Source of the DNA: a virus
Taxonomy: Duplodnaviria; Caudoviricetes
Virus record (IMG/VR): IMGVR_UViG_3300036520_000019
Span: 1 to 40,850 of that record
Length of the DNA: 40,850 nt
Direction: 5' to 3' (one strand)
In this document: piece by piece, positions 28,785 to 36,247 of the stretch
How positions within the stretch are numbered: the first letter of the stretch is position 1
Layout of the letters: each line of letters begins with the position of its first letter
Notes under the pieces: model-generated
Databases searched by the model: none
Seen by the model: only the letters and a program-made list of their open reading frames with translations
Told to the model about the DNA's origin: nothing
Translations under genes and position numbers: made by a program

Positions 28785-29440
28785 TACGCATCCCCCTGTT
28801 TCAGCGCCTTCAGCTTGGCCTTATAGGTGGCCTTGATCGCTTTGAGCGCGTCGATCGTCCATTTCTGTGGCGCCTGTTCCGACTCCAGCGCTTCGACGGC
28901 TTCCAGGCCGATCCGCTTGATCAGTCCAATGCGATAGTCGACCGCACGACCGGCGCCATAGCGGTTGTCCTGCTTGCTCTGCGCGTGGCAATTGCGCTCG
29001 TCGAAGCGCAGATGCGGGGCACTGCCTACGCTGCGGTAATGCCCTGCGTCGACACCATTCCCTGACCAGTCCAAGGGCTTGCCGCTCGAAATGCAGAGAT
29101 GGCCGGCCTGGCGGTCACGCTCACGAATGAATGCATTGAAAGCTGTCTGCGCCTCCTTCAGCCAGTCGGAGCGCGTCTTCATTTCTTCCTTGCGCTTCCG
29201 ATCCTCTGCCCGTGCCACCCGGCGTGCCTGCATGTCCCGCTGCTCGCGGTCCTTGTTCGCCTTCACGATCGCGCAGCCGACCGAACACACCGAAGCCATC
29301 GGATTGGCGACTGGCGCCTCCTTGCAGATGGTGCATTTGCGGTATTTCTTCGCACCGCTCTTGATGTCGACCTTGTGTGTCGATGGCGTGAAGCTGGTGC
29401 GCTTCATGGGCGTCTTGCGGGTCAGGGCTGCGGATTTCAT
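28784..29440 (-). CDS. ninG: NinG/Rap recombination endonuclease
   Basis: AQTAFNAFIRERD, CISSG, DAGHYRSVGSAPHLRFDERNCHAQ. Confidence 0.93.
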   Translation of the reverse strand: MKSAALTRKTPMKRTSFTPSTHKVDIKSGAKKYRKCTICKEAPVANPMASVCSVGCAIVKANKDREQRDMQARRVARAEDRKRKEEMKTRSDWLKEAQTAFNAFIRERDRQAGHLCISSGKPLDWSGNGVDAGHYRSVGSAPHLRFDERNCHAQSKQDNRYGAGRAVDYRIGLIKRIGLEAVEALESEQAPQKWTIDALKAIKATYKAKLKALKQGDA

Positions 29441-29721
29441 TAGCCACCCTCAGCCGGTGCAAGCATGACTGTCTTGGCCTTGTAGCCAGTCACCGGGCAT
29501 TTCTTGATGTCGCACTCTTCCAGGCGCTTTTCATCGTGGATCAGCTCATTGACGCGGCCAGTGATGACGTTGATAGCAAAGCCGGTAAGCTTCGATAGTT
29601 CAGCGCGGGTGTACTGAACGCCCGGCTTCATTGCGGCCAATACTTTCTGTTGCTGCGGGCCGAGTTCGCCATCGGCGGCGAGTTGGCGGTAGCGTTCGAT
29701 AGAGGTTTCTGCGACAGCCAT
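29440..29721 (-). CDS. Winged-HTH protein
   Basis: TRAELSKLTGFAINVITGRVNEL; GAGGGG SD. Confidence 0.75.
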   Translation of the reverse strand: MAVAETSIERYRQLAADGELGPQQQKVLAAMKPGVQYTRAELSKLTGFAINVITGRVNELIHDEKRLEECDIKKCPVTGYKAKTVMLAPAEGG

Positions 29722-29722
29722 A

Positions 29723-30103
29723 TCAATCCCCTCCCTTGCTTGGTACGTTCTTCCAGAATTCCGCCTCTTTACGCGTGCCGGTGGCACTGGCGATGTACTT
29801 GGCCTGAATTGGGCGGGTGAACACATTGACGACACGCGGACCGACGAGAGCAGGCTTTGCTTTCACGACCGGCGTCAGGTCTGCGAGCTTTTCGCGTGCC
29901 TCAGTCGTTGCCTTGAAAATGCCATCCTTGAGCACAACAAAGCCGCGATCTTCAAGACCATTTAGTGCATGCTTTACGTGATATGCGTAAGCGAGGCCGA
30001 AGCGGGTTGGCGACTCGATGATTTCTTCCAGGGACATGCCACCACGGGCATTGATTACTTCAAGCATTGCGCGAGGCGCGGTATTTGGGCGCGGGAGAAT
30101 CAT
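29723..30103 (-). CDS. Hypothetical (wHTH-like) protein
   Basis: Coupled ORF in the pR operon. Confidence 0.7.
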   Translation of the reverse strand: MILPRPNTAPRAMLEVINARGGMSLEEIIESPTRFGLAYAYHVKHALNGLEDRGFVVLKDGIFKATTEAREKLADLTPVVKAKPALVGPRVVNVFTRPIQAKYIASATGTRKEAEFWKNVPSKGGD

Positions 30104-30669
30104 GCTACGGCCCTCAATGACATCTGCTGACGCACATCGGCGCGAGCGGCGCGTACTGCCTCTTCTGCCTCGGCCAGCTCACGATCAGCCTTTGCCAGTT
30201 CGTCTTGCGTCGCACCGTCGATCAGGTTGGCAACTGCGCCCTGCGCTTCCGACGTCTCGCGGGCGATCTTCACCAGGTGGCTGGTGGCGTTCAATGCGCC
30301 CTGCTCTTGCACTTCCAGGCCTCGAACGGACAAGTTCATCGGCGCCAGCATCTCGTTCAGGCAGGCCATGCGCAGATCCGCAGGCAGGCGGCGCAGGATC
30401 ACGCGGGAGAAGTTGAAGCCAAGGAGGTTCGTGTCCTTGCTGCTGTCGTCGAGCCACCGCATGATCTTGTCGGCATTGTTCTTCTGGCGCTGGCTGATGT
30501 CGGCATGGTTGCTGAACTCGATGTTCCAGGCGTTCGGTGATTCGGTCTGCTCGAATTCTTCGACGAACTCCTGACATACCGTTTCGCGGCTCCAGTTTTC
30601 GCGGACTCGCCATGCGTTCACCGCGTCACTGACTGTGCTGATCCATGATTTGTGCGATACGTTGCGCAT
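30100..30669 (-). CDS. CII-position regulator, YdaT-like
   Basis: After cro; AVNAW..NNADKIMRWLD..LPADLR; AAGGA SD. Confidence 0.65.
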   Translation of the reverse strand: MRNVSHKSWISTVSDAVNAWRVRENWSRETVCQEFVEEFEQTESPNAWNIEFSNHADISQRQKNNADKIMRWLDDSSKDTNLLGFNFSRVILRRLPADLRMACLNEMLAPMNLSVRGLEVQEQGALNATSHLVKIARETSEAQGAVANLIDGATQDELAKADRELAEAEEAVRAARADVRQQMSLRAVA

Positions 30670-30796
30670 GACTTATTTCCTTTTGAAAACTATTCTTGTT
30701 TCATCGACTAGAAGAACAAGCAACTAAGGGAGGTTCTTAAATGAAATCTATTGACTTCAGGAATTTGATAAATCTCAAGCCGCGTTGCTTAGGTAC

Positions 30797-30827
30797 AAAA
30801 AAAGCCGGTAGCTCGAAAGCCACCGGC
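30797..30827 (-). terminator. tR1-like terminator after cro
   Basis: GCCGGTGGCT-TTCG-AGCTACCGGC-TTTTTTT. Confidence 0.8.
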
Positions 30828-30838
30828 GAAGCTGCAAA

Positions 30839-31108
30839 TTACGAAGTTCGTTTATCGCCTTTGCGGCGTCCGTGCTTTACTGCGTTGGTTGCGGCCAGTT
30901 CGGGCCAGATGCGCTGCCAATCATCAGGACGCAGATCACGGCGGGTCACCGCACCTTCCGTTGCATGTTCGATTTCGACGCACCGTTCCACCGGAATGCT
31001 TCGGCTGCCCGAAGCCCATTGATAGACCTGTTGAGGCGCCACATTGAGGACCGAGGCTATGTTTGCCCCACGACCGCGTTCGACTGAGAGATATTCTGAT
31101 AGCTTCAT
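30839..31108 (-). CDS. cro: Cro-like (YdaS family) HTH repressor
   Basis: IASVLNVAPQQVYQW..IEHATEGAVTRRDLRPDDW..IWPEL; divergent from cI. Confidence 0.9.
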   Translation of the reverse strand: MKLSEYLSVERGRGANIASVLNVAPQQVYQWASGSRSIPVERCVEIEHATEGAVTRRDLRPDDWQRIWPELAATNAVKHGRRKGDKRTS

Positions 31109-31179
31109 GCTACACACTGTAGCACCACGCTTCGTTTATTGCAAGCACCAAGCTACGTTCAAACGTAGCAAAATGCTTC
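31099..31179. promoter_or_regulatory. OR operators (4 x 15-bp GWAGC-N5-GCTWC) and pR (TTGCAA-17-TACAGT, minus strand)
   Basis: Sites at 31099, 31119, 31142, 31165; the same motif recurs at OL. Confidence 0.85.
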
Positions 31180-31181
31180 GC

Positions 31182-31655
31182 ATGAAAACTGTGCAAGAAA
31201 TTCGCTACGACAACTTAGTAGCGCTGGTGAAGAACGCAGCCGGGGATTCTGGTGATCAAGGTAAAGGCTTGAGCAAGATTGTTGCGGCCGTCCAGGAGAG
31301 AGGGAAGAAGCTTAGCCGCCCTACCCTCTACCAAATACTCAGTCGTCGGACCACCAATGCTGGAGCGATCCGCAACGTTGGCGATGATTTAGCCAGAGAC
31401 ATAGAAGAAGGGCTGAAGCTTGAGCGCGGGTGGATGGATAACGATCACGATGCCCGGCCTCCTGCTTCAGGCTATAACTTCTCTCCTGAGCAGCTTGCGG
31501 ATGTGATTACAGTTTTCTGCCAAACGACAGAAACTGGACGAAAGGGCATTTTGGCTGCGGTCAATGCAGCAAGGCCGCTAGGAATTGCCACGGACGCCGC
31601 CAATAACCAGCTTGAGAGTGGGAGCGTCGCGTCGATCGGGAGCAAAATTAAGTAA
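31182..31655 (+). CDS. cI: CI-like repressor without an S24 peptidase domain
   Basis: IRYDNL..LYQIL..RNVGDDLARDIEEGLKLERGWMD HTH; only 157 aa; divergent from cro. Confidence 0.82.
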   Translation: MKTVQEIRYDNLVALVKNAAGDSGDQGKGLSKIVAAVQERGKKLSRPTLYQILSRRTTNAGAIRNVGDDLARDIEEGLKLERGWMDNDHDARPPASGYNFSPEQLADVITVFCQTTETGRKGILAAVNAARPLGIATDAANNQLESGSVASIGSKIK

Positions 31656-31757
31656 AAATGAAAGAGCGTATTCCCGCTCACTGTCACTCATCCTCCGCAA
31701 TGCTTCCAATGCCGCTTGTTCTTGTTCCTGAAGTTTTTTCTGTTCCTGCCGCTGCAT
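31578..31757 (-). CDS. Putative LexA-regulated antirepressor (59 aa)
   Basis: GGAGGG SD; SOS box upstream; convergent and overlapping the cI 3' end. Confidence 0.65.
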   Translation of the reverse strand: MQRQEQKKLQEQEQAALEALRRMSDSEREYALSFLLNFAPDRRDAPTLKLVIGGVRGNS

Positions 31758-31895
31758 AGTCCCTCCGAGAGCTATTGCCATATGCAATGGCTATAGCGCT
31801 TAGTTTGTTTCGCCGAAATAACGAGTTCCTGAACTGTGGTTCTGGGTCGGCGGGGCTGGGCCGATGCTCTGTGGGGAACAGAAGGAACATCAAAG

Positions 31896-31915
31896 TACTG
31901 TATGTGCATACAGTG
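31896..31915. promoter_or_regulatory. LexA (SOS) box
   Basis: TACTGTATGTGCATACAGTG, a close match to the CTGT-N8-ACAG consensus. Confidence 0.88.
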
Positions 31916-32074
31916 TAAGCCAGCAATCTTAGAAAAACTATAGTCAAACAGTTAATCTTGAGCACCTTTGTCAGGTACCGTAGAAACTGCTTAAAGTTTC
32001 CTCTCATAAATATGGGATGACCATGGGAAGGGTTTACGGTTTAATTGTTTTTTTGAAACTCTTGATGGAACGTT

Positions 32075-32785
32075 ATGAAACGGATGATCTGCCTTGCAGC
32101 CCTTCTTGCTTTTTCGATGAGCGGTCATGCGAGCGGCAATGCAGAATCTCTCGTGAAGGCTTGCCAGTCACTGAAGCGTCAGAGCGATCGCAATAAGTGC
32201 TTGGAAGAAGCGATCAAGTCATCTGCAAACGCGCAGCCTGCCGTCCAAGCTATCCCAGCAGCGCCGGCAGTTCCTGAGGCGCCAGTAAAGGAGATTGCGG
32301 CAAAGCGAGCCGAAACCATCTTTGCGTCCGTCGCTGCTATGAAAAGCGTCATCGATATTGGCGTGTCTTACAACGACTACCAGCCTTACATTCAGCGTAT
32401 AGCAGTAGATCTCGGCCAATATAGGCAAGCAGCTCAGTTGCCCGAAGAGAAGGATGCGGTCGCCCTCCTCGAAAAGGCTTTAGAAGCTTATGGCGACGCG
32501 AGAGATTACTGGCAAGCTGACATCAATTTCTACTCTAGGCGCGACAACAGGCTTGCATATGCCGGAGGGCTGCCAACGACCATGGCTGGTGTCGGTGGGA
32601 TTGTCAGCAAGTACGACATCCCGGTACAAAAGTCAGATATATGGGGAATCAACCATGGAGCTACACGCGGCGTAGCCTTAAGCCGGATCTGGAGCGTTGC
32701 GGATGAGAGTGTTACGGCAGCAAAAGCACTGCTTGATGGCATCGGGCAAACCAAAGACTCTGCCAAGCCTGGCGCCGGCCTCTAA
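32075..32785 (+). CDS. Exported hypothetical protein (immunity-region moron)
   Basis: Sec signal peptide MKRMICLAALLAFSMSGHA; Cys pair; Pro/Ala linker. Confidence 0.8.
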   Translation: MKRMICLAALLAFSMSGHASGNAESLVKACQSLKRQSDRNKCLEEAIKSSANAQPAVQAIPAAPAVPEAPVKEIAAKRAETIFASVAAMKSVIDIGVSYNDYQPYIQRIAVDLGQYRQAAQLPEEKDAVALLEKALEAYGDARDYWQADINFYSRRDNRLAYAGGLPTTMAGVGGIVSKYDIPVQKSDIWGINHGATRGVALSRIWSVADESVTAAKALLDGIGQTKDSAKPGAGL

Positions 32786-32922
32786 CCGCTCTGCTTCTTA
32801 CGATGCAATTAAAACAAATATTGAATATTTCTACACCATAAATAGTCAAATCAAATCGTTTTCCATTGTGAACAACCACAGAGACGGTGGAACAATAAAT
32901 ATTTAAATGACACTTATTTAAA

Positions 32923-33384
32923 ATGCCCCCTTGGAATTACTTTTGTTTTTTATCGCATAGAGGCGACGATGTTATTGATCAGTGGCATAACACCTTATCT
33001 AAAAAAGCCAAGGCAAAGTTCGAGCGAACTCGTGATCAGCTCAGAGACCAACCGAAAACTGAATGGTCACGCCCTCTTGCAAGCCCATTAGGAAATCACA
33101 TATATGTGATACGATTCACGGATGAGAATCGTATGCAGCATCGGGTATTCGGGCACTTCAACGACAATTTCAGCGCATTTGCAATGACCAATACAGGAAC
33201 AGAAAAAGATGGCGCCTACATTCCTTCAGACTATCTTGACCGAGCAACAGAGCACAAACACACGTGTGATCAGCAGTTCGCAGCTCGGACTAAGCAATGT
33301 TTCGGTCTCGATCCTGTACCAGGGGCAGATAACGCAACCCCAGGAGAGGTCGCGCGCGATCCCGGCAAACCAACGATCCATTAG
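32923..33384 (+). CDS. RelE/HigB(Gp49)-like toxin
   Basis: G.DVIDQW..L..KAKAKF..RP.ASPLGNHIYVIRF..QHRVFG pattern; upstream of an HTH gene. Confidence 0.7.
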   Translation: MPPWNYFCFLSHRGDDVIDQWHNTLSKKAKAKFERTRDQLRDQPKTEWSRPLASPLGNHIYVIRFTDENRMQHRVFGHFNDNFSAFAMTNTGTEKDGAYIPSDYLDRATEHKHTCDQQFAARTKQCFGLDPVPGADNATPGEVARDPGKPTIH

Positions 33385-33733
33385 ACAAAATTGGTTTGAT
33401 AGAGAGTATCGAGAAGCTTACATGGACGCTTCAATCGAAGAAGGTGTTGCTTGGCAAATCAAAGCTAATCGGCAGAAGCGAGAAATGTCACAAGAAGAAC
33501 TCGGCCGACTAATTGGGACTACTCAATCAGGCATTTCGCGTGCTGAAGATCCCGAGTATGGAAAGCATTCTCTGGAAACGCTTGTAAAAATGGCGCATGC
33601 TTTCGATTGTGCCTTGTCAGTACGTTTTATCCCCTATTCAAAACTAGCCGAAGAGAGTCAAGATCTCAGCCCGGCAGCCCTATACGCGCCCTCTTTTGAG
33701 GAAGAATTTGGACAAGGAAATGTAGATGGATAA
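33209..33733 (+). CDS. XRE-HTH (HigA-like) antitoxin; start uncertain
   Basis: QIKANRQKREMSQEELGRLIGTTQSGISRAEDPEYGKHSLETLVKMAHAFD. Confidence 0.85.
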   Translation: MAPTFLQTILTEQQSTNTRVISSSQLGLSNVSVSILYQGQITQPQERSRAIPANQRSIRQNWFDREYREAYMDASIEEGVAWQIKANRQKREMSQEELGRLIGTTQSGISRAEDPEYGKHSLETLVKMAHAFDCALSVRFIPYSKLAEESQDLSPAALYAPSFEEEFGQGNVDG

Positions 33734-34052
33734 CCAAACCCCAATGGATTCGACTCAGGTTATGGCAGAAATGCAAAAACATGCCCAAGCACTGAAAATC
33801 GAACATCCGGTTCTTTATGCGGATCAAATGGCTGCTTTCGCATTTGGTCCTTTTGTGTCGAAGCTAATATTGGCACAAGAGTCATTCCCACCAGGAAGCC
33901 AAAGGCCCGTGGTCACAGTCGTAATGCCGACCAATATCCTTCATCAAATGGCGTCTGCCATAATTGCGAATCTATCAAATGAAGAGCACCAAAAAGGTAT
34001 GCGACACTCTTTTGAGGAGTACCAGAAGCAGGTTGAATTGGCTAAAAATTAA
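33726..34052 (+). CDS. Hypothetical protein, DUF3467-like, third gene of the TA operon
   Basis: AAGGA SD, overlap with antitoxin; LYAD..F..SKLIL..VVTVVMP pattern. Confidence 0.75.
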   Translation: MDNQTPMDSTQVMAEMQKHAQALKIEHPVLYADQMAAFAFGPFVSKLILAQESFPPGSQRPVVTVVMPTNILHQMASAIIANLSNEEHQKGMRHSFEEYQKQVELAKN

Positions 34053-34090
34053 AATCGCTAGCTGTAACAGTATTGTTATTAAGACAATCT

Positions 34091-34120
34091 AAAGCCCACC
34101 CTCTGCGGTGGGCTTTTTAT
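34091..34120 (+). terminator. Intrinsic terminator after the TA operon
   Basis: AAAGCCCACC-CTCTGC-GGTGGGCTTTTT. Confidence 0.85.
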
Positions 34121-34255
34121 TTTGTGGCGTGACAATGCAAACATTATCTATCCATAAAATTTATCTAAGCGCCGCTTAAGAAAGGCGTTGTATTCTTATT
34201 ACTGAGCGTTGGTGGTCCTCCGCTCATTTGTGACATCCTAGAGGTAGTATATTCA

Positions 34256-34288
34256 TCCCGCACTTCTCCTAAAGTGCGGGATTTTTTT
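34256..34288 (+). terminator. Intrinsic terminator
   Basis: ATCCCGCACTT-CTCCTA-AAGTGCGGGAT followed by a T run. Confidence 0.8.
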
Positions 34289-34331
34289 CGTCTTTACCCT
34301 CCCCTCCCGGCCTTGAGCTGGTAGCCAGATC

Positions 34332-34354
34332 GCCCCGCTAGCCGGGGCTTTTTT
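34332..34354 (+). terminator. Intrinsic terminator upstream of OL
   Basis: GCCCCG-CTAGC-CGGGGC-TTTTTT. Confidence 0.75.
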
Positions 34355-34372
34355 ACGTCAATCCGAAAATAA

Positions 34373-34436
34373 ATAGCATCAAGCTTCATTTAAACGTAGC
34401 TTAGTGCTTGCATAATGTGAAGCACGCTGCTACACT
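34373..34436 (+). promoter_or_regulatory. OL operators (3 x 15 bp, 23-bp period) and pL (TTGCAT-17-TACACT)
   Basis: Sites at 34373, 34396, 34419; the block is a near reverse complement of the OR region. Confidence 0.87.
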
Positions 34437-34578
34437 TCTTCTATCGACACAGCAACAAGTCGATGCCCCAAAAAGGGTTGGTTGCACTGGTAGTGCCGCT
34501 TAAGTGTCGCCTTCGTTAGTGATCAACCCGAGAGTCGCCGGTTCTCCCGATAACCGGCACCAATTCTCAGGAGCCGCA

Positions 34579-34794
34579 ATGAACGACATGGAACGCAGGG
34601 TTGAAGCGCTTACCAAGACCCTCTGGAAGCAATGCGAGGGTAAAGGTGCTGCGGTCGCCATCGGCGCCAGCCTGAACATCATCATGACGGCGGCACAAAT
34701 GGTTCCAGACAAGTTGGTGCGTGCTGGCCTGGCGGCTTCGTTTCGCAAGATCGCTGATTCGCTCGAACAGCAGAACTCAGAACGTAGGCAGTAG
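34579..34794 (+). CDS. First pL-operon hypothetical protein
   Basis: CAGGAG SD before MNDMERR. Confidence 0.7.
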   Translation: MNDMERRVEALTKTLWKQCEGKGAAVAIGASLNIIMTAAQMVPDKLVRAGLAASFRKIADSLEQQNSERRQ

Positions 34795-34933
34795 GTCGGG
34801 ACGCCACCGCAAGGCGTCTGTGGAATGGGCAATCCTACAGAGACGATTGCATCCGGGGCGCGTCCTCAAGCCCGTAGAGCCTACGTCAGAGCTGGCAGCC
34901 GGAGAGACGGCAACTAATACAGGGAGCCAAAGC

Positions 34934-35074
34934 ATGAAAAAGTTTGACGTTACCGTTCGCACCCTTCGCGGCTGCATCGCTTATACCGCAATCGCCAAGT
35001 CTGCCATTGAAGCCATGCTGGATGCGTATGACCAGTTCGGCGTGTGTGGAGTATCGGTCGAGGTGGCGCAATGA
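34934..35074 (+). CDS. Small hypothetical protein
   Basis: GGGAG SD; MKKFDVTVRT..DQFGVCGVSV. Confidence 0.65.
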   Translation: MKKFDVTVRTLRGCIAYTAIAKSAIEAMLDAYDQFGVCGVSVEVAQ

Positions 35075-35154
35075 TCACCGGCTTCGTCATCTTACTGGCA
35101 ATGCTGGCGGTTGCTGTCTCGGGTTGGGCGGCTGCTTTTGCGGGGGTGAAATGA
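35071..35154 (+). CDS. 27-aa single-TM peptide
   Basis: GAGG SD; ATGA overlaps at both ends; MITGFVILLAMLAVAVSGWAAAFAGVK. Confidence 0.6.
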   Translation: MITGFVILLAMLAVAVSGWAAAFAGVK

Positions 35155-35372
35155 GCAAGCAATCCGTCGCCAAGAAGCAGCAAGGATACGTTCCAAGGGT
35201 GGAGCCAAAGAGATGCGGCAACTGTGCTCACCTCCAGTTTGACACTAAGCACTTCACTATCTTCGGATCGGACTACACAGAAGATGCGAACTTCCGATGT
35301 GGAGTCGGCCAGTTTGCGGTGAAAAAGCTTGGCTGCTGCAACATTCACGAACACAAGCCAGAGCCAGCATGA
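35151..35372 (+). CDS. Small Cys-rich protein
   Basis: CGNCAH..C..CC; coupled overlaps. Confidence 0.7.
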   Translation: MSKQSVAKKQQGYVPRVEPKRCGNCAHLQFDTKHFTIFGSDYTEDANFRCGVGQFAVKKLGCCNIHEHKPEPA

Positions 35373-35590
35373 AACCACTACACAACGAGTTAACCGTGAT
35401 GCAACTGATGAGCATATCCCTGACACCGCTGCGCCGCTGGATTCGCCGCCAGGTACTGATTGCCAAGGTAAACCGGGAGTATTCAAACCTTGAGCACTTC
35501 AAATGGCAGATGAAGAACGGGATGGCCGGCCAGAAAGACAGCCAGTACCGGATCGCGCACATGGAGTCGGAGATACGGAGCCTGCGATGA
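35369..35590 (+). CDS. Hypothetical protein
   Basis: ATGA coupling at both ends. Confidence 0.6.
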   Translation: MKPLHNELTVMQLMSISLTPLRRWIRRQVLIAKVNREYSNLEHFKWQMKNGMAGQKDSQYRIAHMESEIRSLR

Positions 35591-35662
35591 GCGGCGCTTG
35601 CTGGAGGCAGTTGCAGGAAATGGAAGAAGAGCAGCAGTGGCTAGAAGAACAGGAGAGAAAGC

Positions 35663-36247
35663 ATGAATCAGATCGCACCCGCCTTCATCAAGGCCAAGAA
35701 AGCCTTCGGGCCTGCCTTGAAGGACAAGAACAACCCGCATTTCAAGAGCAAGTACGCAGACCTCGGAACCTGCTTGGAAGCCGTTGACGATGCCCTGCTT
35801 GCAAACGGCATTGCGGTCTATCAGGAGACATTCGAGGACGCAACCGGCGTCACCGTCGAAACCGTGTTCCTGCATGAATCGGGCGAAATGATCCGCACCG
35901 GCAAACTGCACGTTCCGGCCTCCAAGCAAGATCCGCAAGGCTATGGCTCCGCACTCACCTACGCTCGTCGCTATTCGCTGATGACTGCCTGCGGGATAGC
36001 GCCGGAGGATGACGACGGCAATAGCGCCAGCCAGCCCCGCCCTGCCCCGCAGCCTGTTGCCAAACCCGGCTTGACCGCTTCGGACATCGACTCGGTGAAG
36101 CTTGCAATGCACGAATGCGCCGACCTTGATCAGCTCAAGGAAATGTTTGCTGCAGCGTACAAGAAGGCCAACGGCGTGCAGCAAGCCGATCTGAAGGCTG
36201 CTTACGACAAGCAGAAAGACTATCTCACCACAAGGAAAGCAGCATGA
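35663..36247 (+). CDS. erf: ERF family ssDNA-annealing recombinase
   Basis: NPHFKSKYADL..DPQGYGSALTYARRYSL..EDDDGN. Confidence 0.95.
   Translation: MNQIAPAFIKAKKAFGPALKDKNNPHFKSKYADLGTCLEAVDDALLANGIAVYQETFEDATGVTVETVFLHESGEMIRTGKLHVPASKQDPQGYGSALTYARRYSLMTACGIAPEDDDGNSASQPRPAPQPVAKPGLTASDIDSVKLAMHECADLDQLKEMFAAAYKKANGVQQADLKAAYDKQKDYLTTRKAA

Noticed and set aside
30100-31108. YdaS/YdaT as a toxin-antitoxin pair
   Set aside because: Position and operators fit Cro and CII equivalents, which is the established role of these families in lambdoid phages
31684-32007. 107-aa minus-strand ORF
   Set aside because: Runs across the SOS box/promoter region, no SD, not protein-like; the 59-aa ORF in another frame has better signals
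34062-34070. CTGTAACAG as a second SOS box
   Set aside because: Spacing is wrong (needs CTGT-N8-ACAG)
34853-34885. GTCCTCAAGCCCG resembles the twister ribozyme L4 loop
   Set aside because: Could not build P4, P2, T1/T2 and the conserved UAA cleavage context; kept only as a generic structured RNA
35587-35787. ORF MSGACWRQLQEMEEEQQW overlapping erf
   Set aside because: ATGA-coupled start is plausible, but 125 nt overlap erf out of frame; support too weak to list
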